Assembly (NCBI GenBank): GCA_965603825.1
Contig: CBFDEM010000012.1
Coordinates: forward strand, 744,001-808,000
Source: Blepharisma stoltei ATCC 30299
Taxonomy: Eukaryota > Protista > Ciliophora
Reading direction: 5' to 3'
Length of the DNA: 64,000 nucleotides
The notes under the pieces are model-generated. The model did not search any database. It was not told the origin of the DNA and saw nothing but the letters and a program-made list of their open reading frames with translations. Positions 11,505-23,313 of the stretch are shown piece after piece (position 1 is the stretch's first letter; the number at the start of each line of letters is the position of its first letter). The position numbers and the translations under genes are program-made.

Positions 11505-11822
11505 ATGCTTGAAGGCAGGATAAAGGATGATAGGATAATGAGAACTGGAATAAGAAAAGGCATTTTTCCCAGTAGGAATGATGACTGGATTGCATTATGA
11601 AGCGAGGAAGAATTGAAAATTTTAATTTAAAAATTGAGAAAGAAAAATTTAATAAACAGAGATAATTGGGGAGGTATAAGAGAGGAATCTAATAATCATA
11701 AACCTGGGTCAGATCTTACTGGCTTGGTGAATCATATCAGAGGTAACTCCCTTAAAACTTTCAGAATTATTCTGTGTCAGACTTTTAAGTGCATATTTTA
11801 TAACTCGCAACTCCTGCTTTAG
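11505..11822 (+). pseudogene. Possible decayed Myb/SANT-like fragment
   Basis: One frame reads ..ALW(TGA)SEEELKILI*KLRKKNLINRDNWGGI.., interrupted by TAA 11628-11630. Confidence 0.25.
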
Positions 11823-12905
11823 GGCAATTTTTGTTAGAAGAATATTTACTATGATTTCAAAAATGTGATAACCTTTTAAATTTGTTCTATGCAAAAGATG
11901 TCTGAATCTAATATAAGTGCAATTTAAAAGTCATGCATTTACATATAGTCTCAAATTAAATTTTATTTGACTCATGCTTATATAGTAATATTCTTTTGTT
12001 TCAGTCTTCCGATTCCAATATAAGTTGACTGTTTTGATTCTTCAGCAATGATAAGTGAACTATATTTTTCTCAAGATTATTTATATTTATTAGAAAATTC
12101 ATATATTTTCTATATATAGCATAAAAAATGAGAGAATGTTTAACTCATATTTTAATTGCTATTCGAATAATTTTTTATCAAAATATTTTAACATAGAACT
12201 ATGTTTATATTTTGACACATTTATGCATAACTATAGTCCTCATAGAAATTAAAATAACTTGAGTCAGAGAATGGCAAATAATAAAGTATGAAGAAATTAC
12301 TAGAAAAGAGATCAATTAGCCTTGAATAATTTTGTTTGAAATAAAATTATTATATCAAGGACTTTCAGTAACTTTTTGATAATTTTTTTATTTAAGATAA
12401 AATTTCTATTTATATGAAATATGTAAAACAAAGTTTAAAGATAAAGCTTCAAAATCGAGTATATAAATTGGCAGTCTAAAATATTTGGAAAATAATCAGG
12501 AATTTTAGCCTATTTCCAAAAAATATGCTTATTGATATTCCTCATCTAATGAACAAATAGGACAACCAGAGTCTTCCTGCTGCAATTCAAAACTCATCCA
12601 CAAATATTTACCTATCCATCTATACAACTCAAAGCCGCTTAACTTCAGCAAAATGATCAAGTTTTAAAGCAATTAAACGTGCACTTAAGAATTTCCAAAA
12701 AATTCTATTCCATTGCTACTAAAGCAAAAGTCATTAAAAGATGACTATCTTTAATTATATCGTAAATTTAAACGCCTTCTGCATCGCTGATAAGGCAAAC
12801 TATTTTTTTAAAAGTTGTTAGTTGGTCTTCTTACCATATTTGAAAACTTTTCTCCAAACAATTACTCACCATTTTTGAGGTGTCGACCAAATAGCTAATA
12901 ATAAA

Positions 12906-15900
12906 ATGATAGTAGACACCGAAGAAGTCAACACTCTTTTTCCCGAAAATTCTAAGCCAAATCAAACGAAAAAGAGCTCCATAAAAGAACTGTACACATA
13001 TGCAACCCCATTTGACTATTTCTTAATCGCCGTTGGAAGCATTTCTGCCATTGCAATGGGATCAATCCAGCCTCTATTTTTTATTTTCATGGGAAATTTC
13101 TTTGGAGATATGGGACCAGACACTTCTGCAAACGAATTTTATGACAACGCGAAGATTGTGTGTTACCAATTTATAGGTTGTGCCTTCGTTTTTGGGGTGA
13201 CTGGATATTTATCAGTCATGTGCTTTATCAATGTTGGGGCGAGACAAGCCTTTAACTTCCGCAAAAAATATTTCGAGTCCATAATGAGCTGTGACCCTTC
13301 ATGGTTTGACCTCAAACAAGTCGCTGAGCTTCCTCAGTCCTTAGCTACAGAAACCCTAATGGTCGAAAGAGCCACAGGTGACAAACTTGTTATATTGATT
13401 TTTACCATAGGGATGATCCTATCCTCCTTTATCATTTCTATAATAGAAGGTACCCAATTAACCTTATTTTGCTTACTATTTTGCCCTACGATTGTAGGTG
13501 GTTTTTTCTTGGCCAATAAAGGACTTGAGCAAAATGCAAAATTCGCTGACACTTCTTATAAAAAAGCTGGTGGAATTGCAGAAGAAGCACTAGAAGAAAT
13601 AAAAACAGTATCCTCCCTTAACGGACAAAAGCATGAAGCAAGTAAATATATAAATGCAGTAAAGGAGTCAAAAAAATCTATGTATGGAGGAGGGTTAAAA
13701 GCAGGGCTGGGGATTGCGATGGCGATGTCCTCTTTTATAGTAATGAATGGGATCACTTTTATTATTGGGGCGTGGTTTATTGATAAAAATGAAGACTGCT
13801 GGGTATTGCAGGAGCCTTATGATTTGACGAAGACTATTATTGTGATGTGGGTCAGTTTGATGACTTTTAACAATATTTCACTGTGTGTCCCGTGTTTGAA
13901 AATTATAAATCAAGGCAGAATAGCTGCTCATAGTATATTAGCAATTATAAATACAAAAAGTCAGCTTGTCCAAGGTACAAGGACTACTGAAATTTCAGGC
14001 AAAATCGTGTTTGATAATGTAAAATTCAGCTACCCTTCAACCCCACATTCAGAAATACTGAAAGGGATGAGTTTTGAGCTTGAACCAGGACAAAGATTAG
14101 GTGTTGTAGGTAGCACTGGCTCAGGGAAAAGCACCATAATTCAGCTGCTATTAAGGTACTATGAGCCAACTTCAGGAAGTATTTTTATTGATGGGCATGA
14201 TATCAGAGAATACTCAATCAGCTATTTAAGAGAAAATATAGGAATTGTCAGCCAAGAGCCTTTGTTGTTCAATACAAGTATTTATGAAAATATAAGGTAT
14301 GGCAAACTAGATGCAAAAGAAGCTGAAATCCATTCTGCAGCTGGAAAAGCGGGAGCTCACGACTTTATTAGAAAATTACCTTTAGGCTACGAAACCCCTG
14401 CTGGCGCAAAAGGTTCTCAGCTTTCAGGAGGCCAAAAACAAAGGATAGCTATTGCAAGAGCTATTATAAGAAACCCAAAAATTCTGTTATTAGATGAAGC
14501 TACAAGTGCTTTAGATCGACAGACCGAGCAAGCTGTTGTTGACGATATTGATAAAGCTATGCCTGAAAGCACGAGGATCACTATTGCACAGAATTTACTC
14601 ACAATAAAAGACTCCACTTTTATCATAATGATTGATCAAGGCACTGTCCTTGAGTATGGCAATCACAAGCAGTTAATGAAAAACAAGTCAAAATACTATC
14701 ACCTTATAAAAATGCAAAAAATACAACAGAGAAATGCAGATGAGGAACAAGTCAAAGGAAAATTGACAGACCTAGACGCAAGCAAATCGATAAGTGAAGG
14801 TGAAAAAGTGGTTCAAGAAGAAGACGTCAACGTCAGGAAAAAAATGCTGAGTTTTTCAAAAAGTGAAAGATTTTGGCTTTATTTCGGAATTTTTGGGTCG
14901 CTAGTTGTTGCTGCTTCTTATCCAATATCAGGAATGCTTAATGGGAAACAAATTTTTGTCCTGTCCAATGAAGATAATGATATGCTAAGTAAAAGTGCAG
15001 AGTATGGAGGATGAATCTGCTTCCTTGCCTTTTTTGTAGCTATAGGCTTAATTATGGAAAGCATCAGCTATCCAAGAATGAGTGCAAATATTACTACAAA
15101 AATGAGAGAAGCCAGCTTTAAAGCTCTTCTTAAATTTGAAGCAGCATTTTTTGATATCCCAGAAAACAACTGCAGTGCTCTCTCAGCAAGACTTTGCAAC
15201 GACTGTGAAAAAGTAAATGGTTTATCAGGCAGCATGATAGGAATTTTAATCAGCATCGCTGCATCCCTAGCAGTTGCCCATGGGACTGCTGCTGCTTTTT
15301 CATGGAGAATGAGCTTAGTTTTCTTAGCTGTTATCCCTGTTATTTTTACCGCAACTGCAGCATCATTTCTTGCCCAGTCTGTTGGGGTTGTCAAATTTGA
15401 CTATGAGTCTTGCACTTCGACAGCGGCTGATGCTATAATGAACTATAGAACAGCCAAAGCCTTTAACTTGGAAAATATTATGCTTGAAAGGTACTTGGAG
15501 CCTGCCAAGGCTGAGTTTGCAGGCATCAAGAAAAAGGCTCAGCTATCAGGGTTTACCTATGGGCTAGGCTTTGGGGCTATTTTTTGTGTATATTCGCTGC
15601 TTTTTTGGTATGGAGCTAAGCTGGTAGTTGATGGCCTTGATTCTTATGAAAATATGGTCATTGCTATGGTAACTTGCCAATTTGGGTCTGACTCCTTTAT
15701 GATTGCAGGAGTTTATATGCCAGACGTAAAAAATGGGATTGAGGCAGCAAAGAGGCTGTTTAAGATCCTTGAGTATAAGCCTACAATAAATGTTAATAGC
15801 AAAGATGGAGACAAAAAAGAAATTGAAGGAAAAGTTGAGTTTAAAGATGTATCCTTTAGCTATCCCAATAGAAACTATATGGCTTTGAAATCGCTGAGCT

Positions 15901-16550
15901 TTTCTATTGAACCTGGCACTCATTTTGCGATTATTGGCAGGACTGGGTCAGGGAAATCGACAGTAATTCAACTATTGCTGAGGCTTTATGACCCAGCTGG
16001 CGGAAAAGTACTAATAGACAACATGGATATTAAAAAATACAATCTTAAACACTTAAGAAGACAAATAGGATATGTAGGCCAAGAGCCTGTGCTGTTTTCT
16101 GGATCTATTGCAGAAAATATATCTTATGGAGTAAAGTCTGATCAAGAAGAAATAGAAGAGGCTGCAAGAAAAGCCCAGGCTCTGGAGTTTATAACAGATT
16201 CCAAATACCCTGAAACCTTTGATCGCCAAGTTGGGATTAAAGGAAGCATGCTCAGTGGTGGCCAAAAACAACGTATTGCTATAGCAAGAGCTATTATTAG
16301 GAATCCTAAAATATTAATATTTGACGAAGCTACAAGTGCACTGGACCCAAAAACTGAGGCAGTTCTGCTTTCTACAATAAAAGAAGTGATGGCAGAAAAA
16401 ACCTGCATTATGATTGCCCATCGCCTGAAAACCATTTCTGAAGCACATCAAGTTATGGTTTTAGAAAGTGGAAAAATCCTAGAAATTGGGACTAGAGAAG
16501 ATTTGATGAGTCAAAAAGGCTACTTTTACAACATGATTAGTAACCTTTAA
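12906..16550 (+). CDS. Full-length ABCB (MDR/P-glycoprotein-type) transporter, TMD-NBD-TMD-NBD
   Basis: Two ORFs joined in frame across TGA 15012-15014; Walker A GSTGSGKS and GRTGSGKS; LSGGQKQR twice; DEATSALD twice. Confidence 0.95.
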
Positions 16551-17012
16551 TTATTCTTTATTGAAAATATAGAGTTTATTGAATTTCTTTATAGAATTTA
16601 ATATTTAAGGGAGATTTTAAAATAGTAAATAAATTTTGCCATACGATTTAATAATTAATATAAGTTTTAAAAGCTCATAAAATTAAATAATTTTAAATAA
16701 ATGCTAATTCTAAACAATAGCAAAAATTATCATCTGTCGCTGATAATTTCTACTTATCAAAGAGACAAAGGATTAAAAAATATCATCCAATAATAAGGCA
16801 GTTTATCAATAATTATACAATAAAGCCTTTTCTATTAATTTTGGCATTTTGTGAGCTAAAATTTACTTTAAAATAGAAATAATCTTAATCAAATAAATGC
16901 AAATAATTGTATAAATTCTGCCTTTTTACATAGCAAAATCAGACTTGCATTTGATCTGTATACTTAGAAAATATTAAACCAAAATTAATTCGTAATTGGA
17001 TAAATTCATTCT

Positions 17013-17594
17013 TTATGCAACAGACAAAATCCAATTAATTACTTTTTCAATCCCCTCCTGTGTATACGATGACCCATACATAATCTCAACTGACCTTCCT
17101 TCTATAGTATCTGTTTCAAACATTTCCCTTATAAATCCAATACTTGCACACGAGTCCTGGTCATGCTTATTAATAATAATAGCCAAAGGCACCCCTTTCA
17201 GCTGGCTTTCAGCCAAAGTTTGCTTTAAAACTTCATTAAGTTCTTGGAATCTATTTCTATCACATCCGTCTATCATGAAAATTAAAGCTTGGGCTTCAGA
17301 GTAATAGTGGTTCCAAATCTGCCTTATCCCTTCTTTTCCTCCTAAATCCCAGATTAATACTTGAATATTGTTGTGAGTTAGCTTTGCGACTATATAAATT
17401 TTACTGTTTAAACCTACTGTAGGAGGGATTTTATGAATTGGCATGGATCGCTGCCCAAAAAGCTTCTTTATTTGTTCTAAAAAGGTCTGTGTAGAGCTTA
17501 CTGTTTTTCCTGAGTTATCTAAGCCTAGCAAAAGAACTCTGACGACTTTTTTGGCAAAACATCAACTGAGAGTACCTTTGATGAGTGAAAACAT
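17013..17594 (-). CDS. ARFRP1: ARF-related GTPase ARFRP1-like; two 15-nt introns and one TGA-Trp
   Basis: Spliced product MFSLIKGTLSW..LLLGLDNSGKTTFLEQIK..PTVGLNIAK..WDLGG..NKHD matches ARFRP1 (GLDNAGKTTFLEQ, TVGLNI). Confidence 0.88.
17390..17404 (-). other. 15-nt intron (in frame, no stop)
   Basis: GTAAAATTTATATAG; removal restores TVGLNI. Confidence 0.88.
17487..17501 (-). other. 15-nt intron (in frame, no stop)
   Basis: GTAAGCTCTACACAG; removal restores P-loop GKTT. Confidence 0.9.
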
Positions 17595-17934
17595 ATTTTC
17601 TGAGATTTAAAAGAAAATTAAAGGGAAATAATCAAAAATTGTATTCTTTCACTAATTTTAGCTTGATATGGCCTTTAAAAAATAATTCCTTGATAATTAA
17701 GCTTAAGAAAGAATTATAAATTTTATCCAATTTTTAATTTTTCCTTAAAATTTTTTGATTTTTCGTAAATTATATTTAATTAGTTTGTTCAAAAATTTTA
17801 TCTTGAAGATTTTCAACTGCAGTTAAAATACTTATTCATTACTTCTAAAATGGACTATCAGCTCAGATTATTAGTCCGGTTAAATATAAAAAGGGGAAAA
17901 AAAATGGCTTTCAAATTTAAATTTTTTATTAAGT

Positions 17935-18333
17935 TTAACAAAATATTGGACTTAATTTGATGTCTTCCAATTTATATGGTCCTGATGGAATTTCAAAGAT
18001 CATTGGTTTTTCATCAATAAAAAGTTTGATTTTCCAGTCTATAATGAAATTTTTTCTTGGAACGCAGGCTTTCATGTGTTTTCTCTTATGGACTGACAGC
18101 TGGCTCACTTGTCTATATCGCTTTCCGCACCCTTTAGCTTTGCAAATATATGGTTTTTCTCCTGTGTGGACATACATATGGTCTTGTAAATTTTGTGCAG
18201 AAGATAAAAGCTGCCCACATTCATCACATCTGTATCTTACTCCTACGTGGAATACTCTTATGTGTCGATTTAAATTATACTTTGTGCTGTATTCAAGATC
18301 GCATCCAGGAAGATTGCATTTAAATTGTTTCAT
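17935..18333 (-). CDS. C2H2 zinc-finger protein (3 fingers)
   Basis: Three fingers with HTGEKPY linker. Confidence 0.9.
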   Translation of the reverse strand: MKQFKCNLPGCDLEYSTKYNLNRHIRVFHVGVRYRCDECGQLLSSAQNLQDHMYVHTGEKPYICKAKGCGKRYRQVSQLSVHKRKHMKACVPRKNFIIDWKIKLFIDEKPMIFEIPSGPYKLEDIKLSPIFC

Positions 18334-18543
18334 TTATTTATTTATAAATCAATAATTTGGCTCGTAAAAATATGTCTGATTTAATGAGTATTAAATCTAT
18401 TATGAAATTATTTAAAGTAAAAAATTTAGATATTAGTGTATTAGATTAGAAGGAAATTCATCATATATTCTGTTTATTCAAAATATTGATTATAAATTGT
18501 AGTGATAAAAATTTTTATTAAGATGTACTGATATTTAATTGTA

Positions 18544-18621
18544 TGTCTAATGGATAGCTTATGTTAAGAATGATAATTATCTGTCTAATGGATAGCTCAT
18601 CATTAAGAATGATAATAAATC
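18544..18621. repeat. Two-copy tandem duplication, ~38-40 bp unit
   Basis: tgtctaatggatagcttatgttaagaatgataattatc followed by tgtctaatggatagctcatcattaagaatgataataaatc. Confidence 0.85.
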
Positions 18622-19034
18622 TGTTGGGAAGAAATATAACGGAATTTTTTGTAATAGACTCTTATAGGACTGCACAAAAAATTATTATTTTTTCAAATAA
18701 ACTGCTTATTTTTCTATTTTTAATACTCTATAGTTTTAGTAACTAAAGCTCTTTATTTTAATATTGTTTGTTTTTCTAGCTAAATGAATCTAGGCATTTT
18801 CATTTTTTTGATCGTACTTTATAAGATTTAAGAAATAAATTAATTTTCATTTCTATTTTGCATATTTTAATATCTATAGAGTAGCTTGAAGTATAAGAAA
18901 GATTTTGCAATGAAAATTCAAGAGCAATGATAAAAAAAATTGAGAGCAAAAATTTCCATTTTAATTATATTAATAGGCACATTTAGCAATAATTTGAAGC
19001 AATAAAATATAATTGTGCAAGTTATTTATTCATA

Positions 19035-19682
19035 TTAAAAAGCATCTTCAATAAATCCTTGCGATTTTCTATATTCGCTTAACTCTCTCTTTTTTGCAAA
19101 AAGTTGATTTTCCAATAAGGCTTCTTTTATTTTTAATTCGAAAATTTTTGATAAAATTTTTTCATTTTCTGATTCATAAAGGCTTTCTCATTTAATATCA
19201 TTATTTCATACTTTTAAAGCTTTTGATTCATCTAATGGCTCTTTGTTTTTATAATCTTTTATATCATTTTCGTAAAATTTTAACTTTTCGTATATCAACC
19301 CTGAATCTCTTTTTTTTCTGTTAAGCAAAATTTGATGATTTAATAATTCCATTTGCTCCATTGTCATTCGATTTCTTAATAAATAAAAGTGACTCTTTAT
19401 TGATTTTGGCCCTCTATTATTAAATAGCGAGGTAAATAAAGTTCAATTAGGTCCATGCTCGATGTATTGACGAATTAATAAGAAATCTTCATCAGCGTGC
19501 CATTTGCCTTTTCGTCTTTTTATTATTGAATTTGTTTCGCAATTTATTTCATTATTTAATATAGGAACTTGGCAGCTATTCAAGAAATAATTAGATGCAG
19601 GATTTATATCTTCTTGATCAAAATTATCTTTGAATTGGGTATCATTTTCAGAAACCTCTCTTTCTGAACAGATTCTTTTCAT
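19035..19682 (-). CDS. Single-repeat Myb/SANT-domain protein
   Basis: KGKWHADEDFLLIRQYIEHGPNW(TGA)TLFTSLFNNRGPKSIKSHFY; frame open through three TGA to TAA 19037-19035. Confidence 0.8.
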
Positions 19683-19996
19683 TTTCTTTATATAATAATT
19701 ATTTCATAATTAAAATAAGAAATTTCATAAGTTAATAATATTGAGAAATTGAGATAGAAACATATATATTTGAAAATAAATTAATATAAAAAGCCCTATA
19801 AAAAGATAGAGATGTTTTTATAGAAGAATAAAGCATTTTAAACTAAATTTTATATGTCATTTAAATCTTTATAAAAATATTTTCTTATAAAATAGAAATA
19901 TAATTAATTAATTAAAATTAAGCCACAGCAAAAATGGCAAGATTCTGACTGCAAAAATTAGTGAGATAAAGCTTTCATTAATAATAAATAAAAATT

Positions 19997-20695
19997 ATGG
20001 GAAACACTGAGAAAAAGCATATTGTTTTTCAAAAAGACTCAGAAAGCCCTGTCTCAAGTAGTTCTTTCAGAAACCTAAGAAAAAATGAAGAGGCCAATAA
20101 AGCTGCAATTGTGAAGAAATCAAAGGAATATGCTCCAAATGCAGATGAAGAATCAGAAAATCAGCAAGAAAGCTCTGATTCCTCTAAATCTAACTCAAAC
20201 TTACAAGGCACAGCAAAATTTGACCAACCAAAGCGAGTTAGAATAATTCCATCCGAGGAGAAGCCTAAATTGTCAGAAACTGAAAAAATGATTTTTAGAA
20301 AAAAATCAAGGGAATTTGAAAAATGAGAATTCTCAGAGGCTGTAAAAGCGCAAGCTAAACATGTAGATATTATAGATCAACCAACTCATAGAGATACAAG
20401 TACCGACTTTCAAAAACAATTGCATGAATTCGAAGCTAATGAATTCAACATTGCAAAAAAACTTGCCAACGAACAAACTGAAAAAGCACCTCCAAAAACT
20501 GTCAAAGTTATAGGGAGACATAGACACTCTTTTTCATCTAATTTTGCAAAGAAAACAAAAGAGTTCGAAAAAGAAGAATACACAAATTCAAGAAGAGCAA
20601 GCATAGCTATTCAAGCATTTGATAAAAATATAGACCCATTAGCGATATTAGCTCAAAGCAACTCAAAATTAAACATGAATACTAAAAAGGTGTAA
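19997..20695 (+). CDS. Hypothetical protein with MGN start and a thrice-repeated EFExxE[FY] motif
   Basis: Two ORFs in frame across TGA 20324-20326. Confidence 0.75.
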
Positions 20696-20871
20696 ATATT
20701 TAATATAATTTCTTGTATAAAGCTAATTCAAAATAATTTTTCTTATTAATATAATCTTTATTCATTAAAACTCTTTAAAGATACCTTAGAAAAAATTTTC
20801 CATTTATTAGAAAAATTATTTTATTTTCTTTAGTAATCTCTTCATTTTAATTATGATATTATTTGTTTAGA

Positions 20872-22923
20872 ATGGAAATTCCAAAAATCTTGGAGAATCT
20901 GAATGATTATCATCAGAACGCCTATGAGAAAAATGAAATACTCAGCTTTGGAGAAGATCTCAAAGCTCTAATCACAGAATCAACTAATGGCCGTCAAGCT
21001 TTCTGCCCAGATATAACAGCCAACAACATGATTAAACGACTAAATAATTTACTCCCAAAGTCATCAGCCAAAGCCTTAAATCTTTTCAATATGCTCGCAA
21101 AGTACTCAAACATCTGCAAAGTCTATGCAAATATCCCACCGACCCTTGTAAGATATGAAGGCAAAATGTATTTATTGCAAACAAAAAAAGATACAAAGAT
21201 AATCCAATCCAAACAATGCACAGAGCATGAATTTTTCAGCCTTCCAAGTATGGGAAATGATAATTATTTCCCTTTATTCTGCTATAAAATATCAGGGAAA
21301 AATCCTGTCACGTTATTTTCAGAAGAAAGTGCTTTGGAGTTATGAAATTCATCGTTTACTGCTGCAATAATTCAGAGCTATGTACAGAATAACGCTAATC
21401 CTATTACAATTATCAGGGTGTTGTGGAGAAAAGGATTTAAAAATAAATATTACACTATTACAAATCGGAAAAAAGTTGTGAAAAAATTACACAAACAGCC
21501 TAGCAATTCTTCTAATCCAACTCATAGACGAGGAGGACTAAGCAAACAATCAACCGATCTAATTAGCCATCAAGCCTCAATATCTCCAACCCCAGAGCCA
21601 GATCCTGATCCGTTTCCTTTGCCTGTACCTCTGAATCGGAATAATCGGCGAAAGCACTTAACAATGTGCCCTTTTGAGTGGCAAGAAGAAGCTATGCATC
21701 ATGACTCTTTGAAATCTCTATTTAAGAATAAAGAAACCGACGGTTACAGCCCAATCACAACGAGAAGCATCCCTCATTGACAAGTCGAATCAAGCGAAGA
21801 ATTTTTTGTGTTGACCCGAAACACCGAAAGCTGCTATGCCTGCAAAAGCTCCACCAGAATAAACGAAATCGAGTTCATGGTAGACCAAATCGTGGATTTC
21901 CTCAATTCTCAAGCATTTCAGCGTAATGAGCTTAAAGGGATTGTGATTGATTTTTTAAAAGACAAAAATAACAGCTGAGTTTTATTAGACAGCCGAGAAC
22001 ACTGCACTGACCAAAACAACGAAAAACTGAAAGAAAAAAAGACCTTATTAAGACTGGAAACACCAAAAAACTCGTTAAATCTACCAAAAATAGAAGTGCA
22101 CCAGCCAAGATGTGAATCGGAAACCAGATTTTTAACACCTACAGCTGAAGAAAATTCCAGATTAGAAGTTGAGCCTGAAACTTGTCCATTTAAAATACGA
22201 TCTAAGCCAAGAAGATTTGAGTCTTCTTCATTGACAGAAAGAGATTTTATGGAAAGGCTGAACAGGATTAATGAAAAAATACACCACCCGACTGAGCTTG
22301 AAACACCTAGGAATCCATTTATATCAGGGAGAGAAGAAGGGATCAGCTATTATGTGAAAAATTTTAATAACCAAAATCCCTCATATAGAGGAACACCAGT
22401 CCCAAATACTTCTCGCATTTTTAGTGAGTCAAGATCATATTTGCACACAGACCAACTGCCAATTGTGGATAGTCAGCTGGTTTATATTAAAAAACATTTC
22501 ACAGAAGTGATTGATCATCTTGAACAAATGAAAACAAATGTGAGAGCAGCCAAAGTTAAGCAGCAAAATATCGTCAAAAAATACGGTGGGGCTGAGTTTT
22601 GGAATAAATTTATTATTTCGTTATATAAAAAAGTGCTGGCATGTGATATTTTAAACAAGCATTTCAAAGACTGCAAAATGGAGAGTTTTGAAAAAATCAT
22701 TATAGGGATGTTTAAGATTATTCAAGGAAATATTAATTTAGATTTAAGAAGAAGACTTAGGGTAGCTCACTATGCGAAAGGGATTAGTGAATTAGAGTTC
22801 AACTGCTATGTTGATATTTTTGAGGACACAATAGTGGATTTCAATATCATTGAAGAAGATAGACAAGGAATTATGTCACAAATAAGATCAATGAAAAGTC
22901 TAATATGTAAGTCAACCCTTTAA
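20872..22923 (+). CDS. ATP-grasp-like domain fused to C-terminal truncated (2/2) globin, paralog 1
   Basis: Single frame across TGA 21343, 21778, 21976; C-terminus KYGG..LYKKV..HF..RLRVAH..GISELEF fits group I truncated hemoglobin; colinear with the neighbouring paralog. Confidence 0.85.
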
Positions 22924-23313
22924 TTTCAGCATGATAAATTAAATTGTATTCATTTTTACTGATTTATTATTATGTCTTATTATTTGTGACATATTATCAG
23001 CAATGGATTTTAGCTGCTCAATGGGAGGATAAAGAATAATGATTAATTTTTTGCAAAAAAGACAGGAGATTTGATATAAATAAAAATTGAATTAAATAAT
23101 TATAAGAGGATATTAGAATTTATTAACCTAATCTGAAAACCCATTTAATTAATAAACTTTAATTTACTTAACCTCCAATCTTCATATCAAAATCTAAATA
23201 AAACCACCTAAGTATTCCATCCCTTATTCTTAGAATTATCTAATATCTAGCTATTATATCTCCTGTTAAATAAAAAACAAAAAATAATTGCATCTCTTCC
23301 ATTTCTTTACTAA

